The notes under the pieces: model-generated | Databases searched by the model: none | What the model was told of the DNA's origin: nothing | What the model saw: the letters and a program-made list of their open reading frames with translations, nothing else | From: Adineta vaga | Lineage: Eukaryota > Animalia > Rotifera | Length of the DNA: 64,000 nucleotides | Direction of reading: 5' to 3' | Assembly (NCBI GenBank): GCA_021613535.1 | Contig: CP075493.1 | Coordinates: forward strand, 1,860,001 to 1,924,000 | In this document: positions 37,821 through 52,207 of the stretch, piece by piece | Layout: every line of letters starts with the position of its first letter | How positions within the stretch are numbered: the stretch's first letter is position 1 | Program-made: the position numbers and the translations under genes

Positions 37821-40800
37821 ATGACTGACGATACTTCCACAGCTTATATATGTATCTATTGTCCGTTCAATTCAAGTAATTTTCAAGCACTTGAACATCA
37901 TTTAACGAGTATTAGTTGAACTAAATGTTACCTTGATATACTATTTATATATTCAGGTGCACATGGATACGGATGTCAAGATGCACCACAACCACAATCA
38001 TCGACGAATATTATCACCAAGACTAATAAACGTGAAGCGCCTGATGATGAACAGGTTATATACGTAACCTTGATTTTGTTTATTACTTTGCTTTTTTAAT
38101 CCTATTTAGTCTCCATCATCCTTTAATGGTATTGATCAAATAACAGGTAACTTTTGACGAATATTTCTCACTATTCAATTCGTTTCTCGATCGCTTCATA
38201 TAGAACATTCATCTAGTGCTAAACGAATTAAACGAGCATCTTCACCTATACCAACTGATCTTTATGAAAATAGTAGTGATGATAATTCCGAACTTGATGA
38301 TGAAGTTGATGATGATGATGAACCAGATTCTGCATTAAATTCCTCAGCAATATCATCAAATGCATTATTAACATGCCCTATATGTAATTCGACATACCAA
38401 CGGTTAGGTCATCTTGTACGACATGCAAAACGAAAACATCGTATTGATTTATCAAATTATGATCAATTGCAATCATTCGATATGCTTCCAACAACGGATC
38501 TCGGAAGAACAGATTCTCATGAACACCAAGGTATAAAATCAAAAAATTGTCTTCAAAATAAAAACAAAAATTACTTTCTTTTTCCTAGCGGAAAATTTAC
38601 CATCACCATCAATAACTGCTATCAATTCTGATTCAATACCAGCAACAACAACAACAACGGATTGTCCATATTGTGATTTTAAAACAACGGATATTGAACA
38701 ATTTAAAGCTCATATTATTGCTCATATACGTGATAAAAACTATCGTTGTTTATTATGCAATCGATTATATAAATATCGAGGTGAGATTTATTCATGTGAT
38801 GAAAAAATGGAGGAAAAAAAGGTCTTTCTTCTTTATTAAAGGTGATTGTTCATTCCATATTCGTCGTAAACATCATCGATATAGTATCAATTCTAATGAT
38901 TATATTCAACGTTTTCTATTCGATACAACTGATGGTGACGAATCAATGTCGACACAAGCTGGTGGACATGGATCATCTGGTAATGGTTCTTCAAATACGA
39001 TCAATGGAACACGTGAAACAGATGAGCCTGTACGTTATTTTGGTTGTCCATATTGTGATTATACATCGAATTATGGTGGAGATGTTCGGTAAGAAAATTT
39101 CTTCGTCAAAAATCAAAGTAAAAATGCTTTTGTTTTCTACGATTTTCATCATTTAGAAAACATCAAGTTCGAAAACATCCTAATGCCGAATCGAAAGTTG
39201 TGAAAATCATTCGTCAAGAATCTGAACAACCAAATCATAATGATATGGATGAAGATGACGAAGATGATAGTGGAAATTCTCCGATTAATCCAATACAAAA
39301 AATTAAAACAGTAAAAAAAATGGAAAAAAATCTTCCTCAATCACATTCATCTTCACTTCCTGTTCTATCCAATTTTGCACCTGTTCGAGTTTTTCAATGT
39401 AGTTCATGTCATCAACAAGGAACATACAAATGGGTTGTTGAACGACATATACGTGCAAAACATCCTGATCAAGCCGATGTTCATGTTATTGAATTACCAG
39501 CTGAATTATCTGTTCGTTTACAAAAAATTTCTCCACCATTAAAACGTTATCGATGTTCATTATGTCCATTACAATCCAAACATAGTTGGGTCGTTATTCG
39601 AGTAAGTTTAATCAACAAAAAGAATAAAACAAAACCCAAAATCTTTACTTCATTCTTCTTTTAGCATATTAAACATTTTCATACATTACAAACTGCATCT
39701 GTTATTGATATTCAACCAGATGGAAAACCAATTCCAGATGAATCTACAGGATTTTCAACAAGTAAATGAAAATTATATACATGCTTGTTATTCTATTCGA
39801 TTTCTAGATGATGATCCAAATAAATTGTATAATCAAGATTCTCAATCATCTTCAGCAAGTAGTTCATGTAATGAAAACGGAATTGATCTTGATAATAATG
39901 ATGATGATAATCAGGAATCAATGACATTTATTTGTAAATGTTCATTATGTGATTATCAATCGAATATGTCATGGAATATTCAAAAACATATCAATGAAAA
40001 CCATTCCGGACAATCAAATGCCTATATATTAACACAATATCGACAAACACAATTATCATCAAATGATAATAATCAGTTGAAGATGAATTTAACTAAGAAA
40101 TCTAAACAAAAAAATGGTCTCAATCGATCGTTATCTCCAGCAAGTGCTTTGGCAAAAGCGAAATTTTCACCAGCTGTTGAAGAAGCTTTACTTTCCATAC
40201 AAGGATCGAAATTAAATCCTATTCTTTATGCTGTACAACCAAAATTTGGAATTAAACGTTTAAAATGTCGTCATTGTTTCTATCGATCGAATTGGAAAAC
40301 TGATATGATTCGGCATGTTCGAATACGACATAATTTAACAGAACCCGATCATAATAAAGGTAAATGTACGACTAAATTTTACTTGTTGAGTTGTGTGCAA
40401 TTGATTAGACATTGATTTCTTACCTGTAAGATGGATTTCTGAAGGTTAACAATGATCAAAATTCGAAAGTCATAAATTGAGATAGAATAAACGTGTCCTT
40501 ATCGAGATATTTATGATTACCTTCTAAGATAGTAATATTCTCATGATATATTCATATCTTGATCAGTATTAGATACTTCTAATGATTATCAAATCTATTT
40601 ATAAATAAACTGTCAGTATAGATTTTATTTATTCATATAAATTGAACAATCATTTCTTAATTAGATATGATTATGATGACGGAACAAGAAGCTCGATCAA
40701 CAATTGAATTATATGAAAATACATTTGGCAAGGAACTTCGTCGACGTACATTTCGAACATGGAATGATTGGGCTAAAGCAGAACAAGAATTTACACCCAA

Positions 40801-41950
40801 AGATGGTTCATTACAATACGTAAGTAAATTTTCATTTCTTCAAGTATCAAACTTAGTTTTTTGTTTTATACAGGTAGAAACCATTGGCGGTAATCCATCT
40901 TCGAATGATTCAACAAAAATACATTCGAAAAAAGTCACAACTGAACAAAAATCATTGAATCATGATGGAATCAAACGTTTGAATAAATCCACTACAAAAA
41001 TTGATGGTCATCAAGAATCTCAACAATTGATTAAATCTTTACTTTTTAATAAATCTCCTCGATCAATTAAAAACCAAGAAGTAAGACATGTATTTTATCA
41101 AAAACAAAAATCAAATATTGAAAATCTATTTTAGTTGAAAACATTACCAAATCCATCAAATATTGTTTCTCGTTTGTTTTCCACAACATCTCCAACACAG
41201 AATAATGATGGTGATGATACACCCTTAGATCTTTCATTTAAACCATGCACAAATAATAAATCGAAAAAAATCAATCTTGATGAAACTGATGAACAAAGTG
41301 AAGAAGAATCTGACGAAAATTCTCCTGTTAATTATTTATGTTCCGTATGTCCATATAAACATTCAAATTGGTCATTAGTACAACATCATATATCCCTTCA
41401 TTTATCTGGTCAAGGTTTAACTTGTTCTCAATGTTCCTATACAACATCAACTGAACATTCGATGTTTCGTCATATGACAACGATCCATCCAACTAGTCAA
41501 TTAACAAGAAATTTCTCTATTTCATCTCCAAATTTAACTGCACATATTATTGAACAACATCAATGTTCATTATGTTCATATCAATGTGATCGATCTGAAG
41601 CATTAAATCTTCATCGTCGTCTTGAACATGATGATGAAGAATTTGATATTGATTCCTCCGATGATAATGATGATGATGATATGGCAGCATCAACAACGAA
41701 GAATCTCTTTGATTGTCCATTATGTTCACCATCATCGAATACTAATAATTTTCAAGATCTTGAACAATTAACCATACATGTAATACATAATCATAACAAT
41801 CAAACATGTCCATTTTGTTCATTTATTTCTAATACGACATCAATGCAAACATTAATTCAACATGTAAAACTTCATTTTAATGGTACACTTGTTCAACCTG
41901 ATTCAATTGTTGGTATTGAACAAGTGAAAGAGTTATTAATGCTTGAATAA
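37821..41950 (+). CDS. Multi-C2H2 zinc-finger transcription factor (dispersed fingers, PLDLS motif)
   Basis: >10 C-x2-C...H-x3-5-H fingers across exons (CPYCDFKTTDIEQFKAHIIAH, CRHCFYRSNWKTDMIRHVRIRH, CSLCSYQCDRSEALNLHRRLEH); 'TPLDLS'. Start codon is tentative. Confidence 0.88.
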
Positions 41951-43157
41951 TAAGATTTCTTATGATACTGTTCGAGTTCTTCTTTTTTTCATTTCATTTT
42001 TGCCTTTTTGATATAAATATATTGTTATTTGTTTTGCTTTTTCTTCATCCTCTTTTTTATATTTCTTACGGTGGTAGTTTCTTTTGTTCATTAAATTTTC
42101 TCTTTTGTTCGCGTGGTAGTGAAACAAAAACAGTATTCAACTGTGTTATCATGCCAAACTATGGGTTCTTCTTCTTCTTTTTTTCTATTGCAAGTCACAT
42201 TTCATTCATAAAGAAATATATGCAATCTAGATGTTCTTCTTTTCTTTCAAATAACAAGTGTCCAAACTTGAGATGTCGAGTTAACTTTATTTTCTCGATC
42301 ATTATTCATATACACATCGTTTATTAGACTAAGACGAAGTAAATATTTTTCAATTGCTTTTTGAAAAATTAAAATATATTCTTAACGATCTATTTTCATA
42401 CTTATTTATCAGAAATAAGAATCAGTAGTAGTAGTATTGCTAACATTGTAATTAATTGTGACTTTTTTTGTCAGATTGCCATGAATAATGATAAGGTGAC
42501 GATGATTTATTGCTAATGAAATATTTAATTGCATGATCATAGAATGATATCGCTTTTCAATCAGACATTATTATGTCATCAACAAATGTTGTGATAGTTT
42601 AAACGAAAAAGACATGAATCAATCTATTAAAGATCATCCCTATGCAAATGAATTTAGATTTTTTTAGTGCAAAAGGCGAACATTGCAGGAGTGTCCTGAA
42701 ATTTGAAAAAATGAGATGGGGTAACCCCTCCTCTACCCTAAAACATTAAAATATCTGATGATTCATATATAACAATCATATCAAGTATCAACCTTTGTTT
42801 TCCTCAAGAAATAGTGTCTTTTCAAACTCAAACTCAACTAGAGATTTTACAGAGCGACATTGCGAATATTCTGATTGGTTAATGAGAAGAAACGAATAAT
42901 TTTCCTTTGAAAAATAATTTCTTTTAATTTTCAATTGATACATTTGAATTACTGATATTGTTTTATCATTTAAAATGATTTTAATTTTTACTTCATTTTG
43001 ATTGAATACACATTGATTGTGGCGTTCCTATCCGATTGTTTATTATCGTCAACGAAAATATACGGATCTGATCATCTGTTGTTCTGTTCTGTCCGTGAGA
43101 TTTATCATTTATTTGTTGCGAAAAATATTTGTTTTTCATATTCTCTTGATATCAAAC

Positions 43158-45149
43158 ATGCCAAGAAGTGATGCAGGTGGTGTGCGAAAAAATAAATTCG
43201 GTTTAAAATTACCCGATGTACCAAAAGAAACAAATGAACAAAATCACAGTGAAAATGGGTATGAAATATATATTATAAAGAAAACAAAATAAATAGATTT
43301 GTATTTTAGTATTCCGGATGTTTGTATTGAACGATTACAAGAAGAATTTAAACAACTTGATTGTACTGACAAACAAAAAGATCGCATGGAAGAATTCTTC
43401 AATTCAAAACGTGCTGTTGGAGAGTTGAAACAAGATGATCTTGTTAATATTTGTCAATTAGGACAAGGAAATGGAGGCGTCGTTTGGAAAGTTCGACATA
43501 AACCAACCGATAAAATCATGGCTAGAAAGGTTTGTAATCATCAAATCGATTTATTTGCTTTGCTTTCTTCAATTGATAATAAATACTGATTGCTCTATAT
43601 GCTTTTGTTGCTTGTATCAGTACGCTACTTATTTAGTACTGTTCATTTCTCAATACTGATTTTTATTGTTGCAATTGGTGTCAATGGTTTTGGAATTCTC
43701 TTGCACCGGGAAAGGTAGATTTGTTGCATGGCTCGAACAAAAAAAAAGTCGAAATATACCTTTTCCTGAGATATACATTTTTGTTTTCATATGAAATGAA
43801 TCGATTTCTTTTTATTTAGCTCATCTATTTGGAAGTTAAACCAGCATTGAAAAATCAAATTATTCGAGAACTTAAGGTAGATGAATGCTATTTCAGTCAG
43901 AAAATGGGTTTATATATAAAGATGATACTTTAGGTCCTTCATCAATGTAATTCACCCTATATTGTGGGATTTTACGGAGCATTTGCTGTTGAAGCTCAAA
44001 TTAGTATTTGTATGGAATTTATGGTAAATGAAAAAAATGATATGAGTTTTTAATATCAATGTATGTTTTTTTGTAGGATGGTGGTTCGTTAGATTTACTC
44101 TTGAAGAAAGTGATGCGTATACCAGAAAATATTCTCGGTAGAATAACTGTTGCTGTAAGTTAGTCATAAGATATTTTTCCTAAAGTCACTCTTTCATTGT
44201 AAAGGTTCTTCGTGGATTGAGTTATTTACGAGAACGACATCGTATTATGCATCGAGGTAGCAATGTGTTTTTTTTTCTTTTCTTGTAACATATGTTTTTA
44301 TTTCTAAATTAAATATTTGTTAACAAAAGATATTAAACCATCGAATATACTTGTCAATCATCAAGGTGAAATAAAATTGTGTGATTTTGGTGTTAGTGCA
44401 CAATTAATTGATTCAACATTGCAAACGTTTATTGGTACACGTTCGTATATGTCTGTAAGTTATCGAAGATATTTTATTTTGTTGAAATTCATAAGTTTTA
44501 TTTTCAAAGCCTGAACGACTTGAAGGTGCACATTATGGAGTGATGAGTGATATTTGGTCATTAGGTCTTTCACTTGTGGAAATGGCAGTTGGTCGATATC
44601 CGATTCCTCCTCCATCAACAGAAGATATTGATAGTTTACTCAAAGAAGATCCTCAAGGAAATCGTCCTCGACCAGAAGGTTTGTGTTTTCAATAGGACTC
44701 TTTATTGAAAATTTCATTTCTTCTTTTTTTAAAATTATCTAGGATATGGTTGTTATAAAGGTTTAGCTATCTTTGAATTAATGGAATGGATTGTTAATGA
44801 AGCACCACCAACTTTACCTCGTTCACATTTTTCAGCAGAATTTTGTGATTTTATCGATCGTTGGTAAATTAATCATTTTTTCCAAACATGAACTTCAACA
44901 ATTCTCATTTCTATTTTTAGTTTGAAAAAAAGTACATCAGAACGAGCTGATTTGAATTCACTTTTAGTACGTACAAACGATTGATCAATCAAAGAATAGA
45001 TTTCATTTTGTTTTATTTAGCATCATCCATTTTATAAACGATATGAAAATGAAAGTGATAATCAAGATGTTGCTGCTTGGATTCGTCAAGTATGTCGAAC
45101 AGATTCCGATGGAACTAATGATAATAATCATCGACGTGTTGGCTCTTAA
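43158..45149 (+). CDS. MAP2K1: Dual-specificity MAP kinase kinase MEK1/2 (multi-exon)
   Basis: '[60 protein letters not shown]', '[45 protein letters not shown]'. Confidence 0.95.
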
Positions 45150-45655
45150 ACAAAAAATTTTAACGAACCAATAAGTCAGATGTGTGATGATCTCTCTGGA
45201 CACAAAAACTAAATAAATAAATAGAAAAACATTTTATTTCGAAAACCTAAAAGAAAATATTTACCGTTTTTTTGTTTTTCTTCTTCTATACATGTTGTTC
45301 GTTGTCTAACGTGTCACTTCTTCTTTGTACAGTTTTGATTTCAATAAGTATGTATGTGCGTGCGTGAGTGTTTTCATACAAACAGTGATTTCTTTTTCTT
45401 CTCATCGCTTTTTCTCTAACTTTAACATAGTGGTTTTCTTTGTGCAATCATTATCATGCGTCTATATGGTGTCGTGGAGAGAAGACAATGGAAAAAAACA
45501 AAAGTCTATCTATGATACTCATTCCATTGCGCCTATTCTCTCTTTCTCTCTTTGTTTTACTCTTCATTGTTGTCATTGTATAAAAAGATTTTTAACGAGA
45601 AAACAAAAAATCTGATTTTCTTTTCAACAATGTTTTAGTTTAAGATTATTTTACT

Positions 45656-48033
45656 ATGTCAAATACAAATAATAATGAAGAAAATAATGAACAACAACGG
45701 CCATTAGGAGCAGTTCTAGGTTGGCTAAATTTATCACCAACATTACCAAATACACAAGATAATATGGCTGGACTAACAGCAGGTTTGTTTGTATCATTAA
45801 ATATATGTTTCTATCAAAAACTTTTCATATGATTTAGCATCACCACCAAGATTTATTGATTATAATCAACTAATGGAAGCAAATCGAAATGCACAGAATC
45901 TTCAACTTGCACATGAAATTGTATTTAATAAAGATTTTCAACTAAAACTACCAGAATATGAAAAAGGAAGGTAAGTTACGAATTGAAATCGATTTCATAT
46001 GTCATGTAAGCCAAGACTGATACTGTTAATTCTAAGTCTTAATGATCGATCTAAATTTACAGAATAAAGATGTTACGTTATTTTACACGATTGTTGCGGA
46101 AAATTCCAGATTGATTATATTTTTTGTTATTTAGTATTGCTGAAAAAGTTCATGATACAATGCATACCGCATTTTGGGATGTTTTACGTGAAGATTTAAC
46201 TGCTAGTCCTCCTCGTTATGAACACATTATTAAACTAATTGGTGAAGCGAAAGAAGTAAATATTCTATTTTTAAACGAAATTTGTTCTTTTTCAATAGTT
46301 TTTCATCTATTATTAGGATCTTAAAACTTTAGTTTTACCTCATCAAACAACTTTGAAAAGTCAAATCGATGAAGCAATGGATCTTGAAATAATCAAACGT
46401 CGATTCGAAGCTAATGCAGCTGATCCTAATGAATATACGAAATATTTTCTCTATATGATGTCTACTCTTTGTGCTGAATGTCGAGATGAAAACATTGCAA
46501 AATTACGAACAATCAATGATCCAGCAGAATGTTTTAGGTAAAATTCAAAACATTCTCTTCGTTAAAAAAATGTTCACATCATATTTCTTCTAGAGGTATT
46601 ATGGAAGTTTTAAGTTTAATGAAACTTGATATGGCTAATTTTAATATTCGTCAATATCGTCCATTGTTACAGCAACAAGCGGTTGCTTATGAGAAGTCAA
46701 CATTTGATAAATTTATGGAAAATCAACGAGGTAATTTGATTTGAATGAGGAAACTTCTATTTTTCTGTTCATTTTAGCAATGGGTATTGATCCGTTATTA
46801 TCAACGTATAAATGGCTTGAACGAGCATTTGATCGTACAAAATCAACTGAAACAATTGGTTGGTTTCAAACACCAAGTTCATCTTCAAATGATAGTTCAT
46901 TAATAATTCTTAATGAAGCTTATTGTGAACTTTTACTTTGGAATCCTAAATATATATTTCCTGAAGTAAATATTTTCATTTTTGTTCGTTAATCTTTCTT
47001 CTATTTCTATCGTTTGTTGAATCAATTAGACATTAGAATTAGATGAAATTCGTTACAATCAAGTTCATATTGCAACCATGCGTTTATTATTAATTTCAAC
47101 AATTATGACTGTCTTATCGCATCTAACTGGTTCAATTCTTCGAGATTATGAAGCTATTAAAACACTACTTAAATCAGAAATGATTATTCTATTAGATGAT
47201 TTTCCACATAAAAAGTAAGTCAATTTTATTTCTTAAATTTTGTATATTTTATCATCATTCTATTTCGATAGAAAATTGAAAGATATCTTGATATCATTGA
47301 GTGAACAAGTGGTAAAAACAACGAAAGAACAATTAGAAAAATACGACAAATCAAAAATTATTGTTGATAACGAACAAAATATCAAAGAAGCAATCATAGC
47401 TATTGGAGAAACTCATGTTATTGAACATGCAGTTTTCAAATTACTCTGTAAGTTTTTGCAAAACACAATCTGAAAGAGAGTGCTGAAGTGTTTAAAGGCA
47501 GAAATTTGCACCCTTCTCCCCTCACAGACCGTAATAGATATACGTTAGCATAAAATCACAAGTCTCAGCTGTGCCGAAGGAAAACAGATAAGAATGCGTG
47601 CCAATAATTTGCCCCCTCGTTGCCTCCTGCCCTCCCTCCGTGCTTATTTTTATACTAAATTTAAAGGAAAAAACCGTTAAATCATGTGTTGAAGACCTCA
47701 GTAGGCTTTTACATACATACTCATTAGATTAATGAATAGGAAAGTGTGACTGAGATTAACTGTGAAGTTTCTCTATAACAATCTTTCTTTCTACTTGTTT
47801 TTCTAATAGTTCAACGTTATGTATCATTTGTTCATCATCTCTTGGATCATCCAACAAGTAATTCATCTATATCGAATGTTGCTATTCCAAATGGCTTAAA
47901 TATCGTTATGAATGAAGTCATAACAACTGTTAGTTTCTTTCTTCGTTTGATAACTTACAATAAAATGGTTTTTCATGAACATTATGATCGACTTATCTCT
48001 CAAATTCAATCCTCAACTTCAACAAATCAATAA
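45656..48033 (+). CDS. T-complex protein 11-like (TCP11/SOK1 family), multi-exon
   Basis: 'SPPRFIDYNQLMEA...NLQLAHEIVFNKDF', 'VHDTMHTAFWDVLREDL', 'RGIMEVLSLMKLDMANF', 'YNKMVFHEHY'. Confidence 0.9.
47483..47701. mobile_element. Possible ~220-bp MITE in last TCP11 intron
   Basis: GC-richer insert in an unusually long intron; imperfect ends CTGAAGTGTTTAAA / revcomp CTGAGGTCTTCAAC. Confidence 0.4.
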
Positions 48034-48210
48034 AAATCATTTCAATGTTGGATATAACAAAACAAAACAAAAAATCCTCATATGTTTATTTCTTTTTTCT
48101 TTCTCTTTATGTTCTTTTTTCAATTAATCAAGAATAAAAGTATAACGATCAATAGAATTCAGTGACTTAAATTCTTATTGGCTGGAAAATAGATATTTGT
48201 GTTTTATTGT

Positions 48211-49799
48211 TTATATAAACAAGATAAAAATGAAAAAAACTTTGAAAATAAATAAATTAAAAGAATGTTTCATCGATCGATTCGTTATTTCATTGATTTG
48301 ATTCGATAAAAAGTCGTCTAAATAAAATAAAAATCGTTCGAATAGAAAACCAGTTTTTTATTTTCCTACCTGTTGTTGTTAATAATGATATCTGACTGTT
48401 ATAGTTGATAAAGATGAACTGGATACTGTTGTAGTAATTGAATGTCGATGTTTTTTTGTAAAATGATGATTTTCAAGAATCATTATCGATTTTTCATCTT
48501 CACCATGACGATTTATTGCACGACAAAGAAAATTTGAATTAAATAAACGTCTTGGAATATGCTAAATGAATCAATGATTTCATAATCAATTCTTCAAAAG
48601 AGAGAAGTACAATCATTTACCTGAATAAAAAGACTTGTTTTCCATCGTGTTGCATTAAACTGTTCATTTTTAATAAACCAAATTTTCTCTTCATGTTTTT
48701 TACCTAAATTTTCTTGGACAAATTGTCGAGTTAAATCAATTTCTTTCTTCATTTCATTTGAATATCTATGTAACCATTTGATCTCTGGTTCAGGATTAGC
48801 ATCAATAATACATTCAATTACAACTGCATCACCAATTGAATGATAAACTTCTTCTCTTGTACTTTGAACATACGGTGGAACTATTGATTTCAAAAATGTA
48901 AACTTAAAATTCATTTGATAACAAACAGCTAAACCACATTGTACATCAAGTTCATAAAAACGTCCGATTGTTCCAACATTATTCATTGCAACACATTCAT
49001 AAATGCCATGATTCCAACGATTAACATTCACAAGATTCAACTGACAGGTGGTTGGCGTTGTCGAACAATTAATCATTAGCTTCTGATTATATTCTAAAGA
49101 ATGAACATTAAACATATTGACTAGCAATTTCATCAAATTAATACCATCTGTTTTCTTCATCCAATTAAGATATGGTTCTGGTTTACCCTGAGCTTCACAA
49201 GCGATAGATATATTTCTTCCTAATTGTGTACGTAATAATGTTGGATAGTCATTTGTAATAAAATAAGGTCGTTCTTGATTTAATTTAAAAAAATACATAA
49301 ATAAATCTTTATATTTTCAAAAGAAAAGTATCTTACCAACAACATTTAATAGAAATAATTTGATGATTTTATTATCTGCTTGACACGAATAAGTTCCACT
49401 ATCAGTTAAGCGTAGATCATCAATTATTAATGAATAGGTAATGATTTCAGATGATGTACTACTATTAATCATATGAAAACTTGAACGTTGTTCGATTTGA
49501 AAACGTTGATCTGAATTAATTCGACTAGTTGCATAGAAAAAAACTTCAGCATCTTCTAAACGTAACCATAAACCCTTTGAAAATATGTCGAAAATTTTTA
49601 GAATATCAATCTTGAATAAACAAATTACTTTGCGATTTCCATTGGTAGTTGAATTATTTAATTCACATTCAATTCGAATCCGTTGGCCCACATTGACATT
49701 AACAAACTCTCGAGATATGAAAGTATCATCAGTCAAACAATTTGTCATTGTGTGCAAAACGGTTAGAAAGAATGTCGTCAAAAGACGACAGTCTATCAT
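48211..49799 (-). CDS. Three-Ig-domain cell-surface protein (IgLON/lachesin/DIP-like), probable GPI anchor
   Basis: Signal peptide; 'LIIDDLRLTDSGTYSC', 'ACEAQGKPEPYLNW...GIYECVAMN', 'ECIIDANPEPEIKW'; hydrophobic C-terminus ending at TAA 48213-48211. Confidence 0.87.
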
Positions 49800-49911
49800 T
49801 TGTTCACTTGAAAAATATAAATGATCATCTAGAAAAGAAAGAAGATATAGCTAGAAGTATTGTATTTATATCCAATTCTATGAGTCTGAAAGTGAAATCT
49901 CCTTCGCCCTT

Positions 49912-49946
49912 CCTTTCCTTTCCTTTCCTTTCCTTTCCTTTCCTTT
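49912..49946. repeat. (CCTTT)7 microsatellite
   Basis: Direct reading. Confidence 0.9.
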
Positions 49947-52039
49947 CTGACAGTACATATGATGAGACAGAACATATACACTCTCTGGTCATTTTATAAG
50001 TTATTTCTTCGCTATTTTATACACTTCTCCTCCTACTTCTCGTCCATCATCATCAGTTAATGTCTATCTTCGCACGTGCATATACAAACATCATTATAAA
50101 GAAAGAAACTGATTAGTTGAGATATATTTTGAAAAAAAGGAGGACAATCCCTCACCTGTAGCTACTTAGAACTGATAGTTAACTTCTGACACATTATCGA
50201 TGAAGCATTCATTTGAAATGAATATGTTCATAGAAAGTAAAAGAGAAATTTCACTTTCCTCTTCCTTCATCAAATTTTATGAGAGGTCATAAAATGTCGA
50301 GAAAAAGAAAAGAAGACGATGTAGACACAGACAGTCAGTCGGATAATTAGCTTATTGTTATCATTTCGTTCATTACCATCATAATCACTAGTCGTAATAT
50401 AAATGAACTGTAAATTAATGTATCCGATGATGATGATGATGTTGCACTGACTTTTCTTTTCTATGAAAATAGTCCTACCTGAATTCTAATCAAGATTGTT
50501 AGTGTGAATGAAAAGAATTGACAAGTGGATGCCATATACTTACAATAAACTATATGAACAACGACGCTTCTCACATATATTAATCCTTCAAAGTCGATGA
50601 TGATGATTATGCAAGCATATTCTTTTTGACTCTCCTCTTTCACTTTCTTACTCACGCGATGAATTAACAATACTCCTACTTACTATTGTATGAATAAGAC
50701 AGAAGCAAATCTCCCAACTGAATAAGAAGAGCGAGAAAAAAAACAATATTTATTGATTGTTGCTTGTAAAGCTCTTTCGTCTGAATCAATTAAATTTTCA
50801 TTTCTTTATATTCGAGACACAAAAAGAAGAAAGAAAACGAATAGACTTACAGTATACGTAACGCACCATTACTTTCTTTTGTTTTCGATATAAATGCTTC
50901 TGTATATACAAAAGAAAAGATCGATTCCTTCTAACTCATCTCGTAGATGATATACAGTATATCTTTCTCTTTCGATCAATCATATGAAGTGTGTTCAATT
51001 TCTTGACTGTCGAAAAATCATACAAACGAACTGTATTTGACAATGCCTTGAAGCATTGAATGGAAAACTAATTAGATGTGTAATGATGAAATGAACTATG
51101 GTTCGAAATTCATCATTAATTCAAGCAAAAAGAGCAAATTGATCAACAATAGACAAGCAAAGAAAAACGATGTCAAACTGATAGAAGTTGATTCGATCAA
51201 ACTTGTCATGTACATTTGTATGGATTTGATTGATAAGTCGAAAGGAAAAAGTGCACGTCATAGGAAAAGTTTATGATCAATTAGATAAGATTAAGCAAGG
51301 AAAATAGTCGATGATATTGATTGAAATAAACAGTTTATATGAGATAAGAACGTATCAAGAAGATTTTCTTTATCATTTCTCTAAACAATACTTTCTATTC
51401 ATTTGTATATTAGCTTTAGTAACTCAATGTAATATACAAGACATTTTTATGTTCTGTTTTCTTTCATCTTATTAATGAAACAACTGTTCAATGTATAAAA
51501 TACAATCGACACTTGTCAGCATCATTTTTTAATATTATTGTTCGATATTATGTATGAATTCGATGACAAAAGTCAGAAAATGATTTGCTTCTCTGTACTT
51601 TCGGGAATGTATAATGTAAGAAGAAGAAACGATGATGTAATTGATGTCTTAGAAAGGTTTTTCTTTTCTCTTCTCTTTTAAATATATAGAAATAGAACGG
51701 TAGAAACTGTTTGAATTAATCGATGAAGGAAATGTATGATGTTTGATTAATGAAAAATAATCGGAGACAAATGTCTTTTACTTTGATTGATTATATACAG
51801 AAGAAGTTTTATTCTAAACATATTCTTTGTATATGACACACAATTGAAATCATAGTTTTCCTTGTGAAACAACTTCACTATCATCAAGTTATCACTTCGA
51901 AAATAAAATGATCAAAATGACTTTATTTTATTGAAATATAGTTGAACTAGTTGTTATAGAACGATACATATGGAAAAATTATTTTTGTAAAAAGTTGGTT
52001 CTTTGTCTAAAAAAATTGATCCAAAAATATTTTTATTAA

Positions 52040-52207
52040 ACTAACATCAGATTCAAATTCCTCGACCCCGACTACTCTTGGTCAATCAGTTTCTGATGAC
52101 AAGCGTTAGGTTTCTTTTGAGTTATAGAATGCTGCAATCTGATTGGCTTGGACGAACGTTAAGCATTTTAACGATCCTATAACCCTTTCTTTCAGAAAAG
52201 GGAATAA
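52040..52207 (-). mobile_element. Truncated copy of the Helentron-like element at 20392
   Basis: Revcomp TTATTCCCTTTTCTGAAAGAAAGGGTTATAGGATCGTTAAAATGCTTAA...CCAAGCCAATCAGATTGCAGCA...GTCGAGGAATTTGAATCTGATGTTAG matches 20392-20480 and 20640-20748. Confidence 0.75.
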
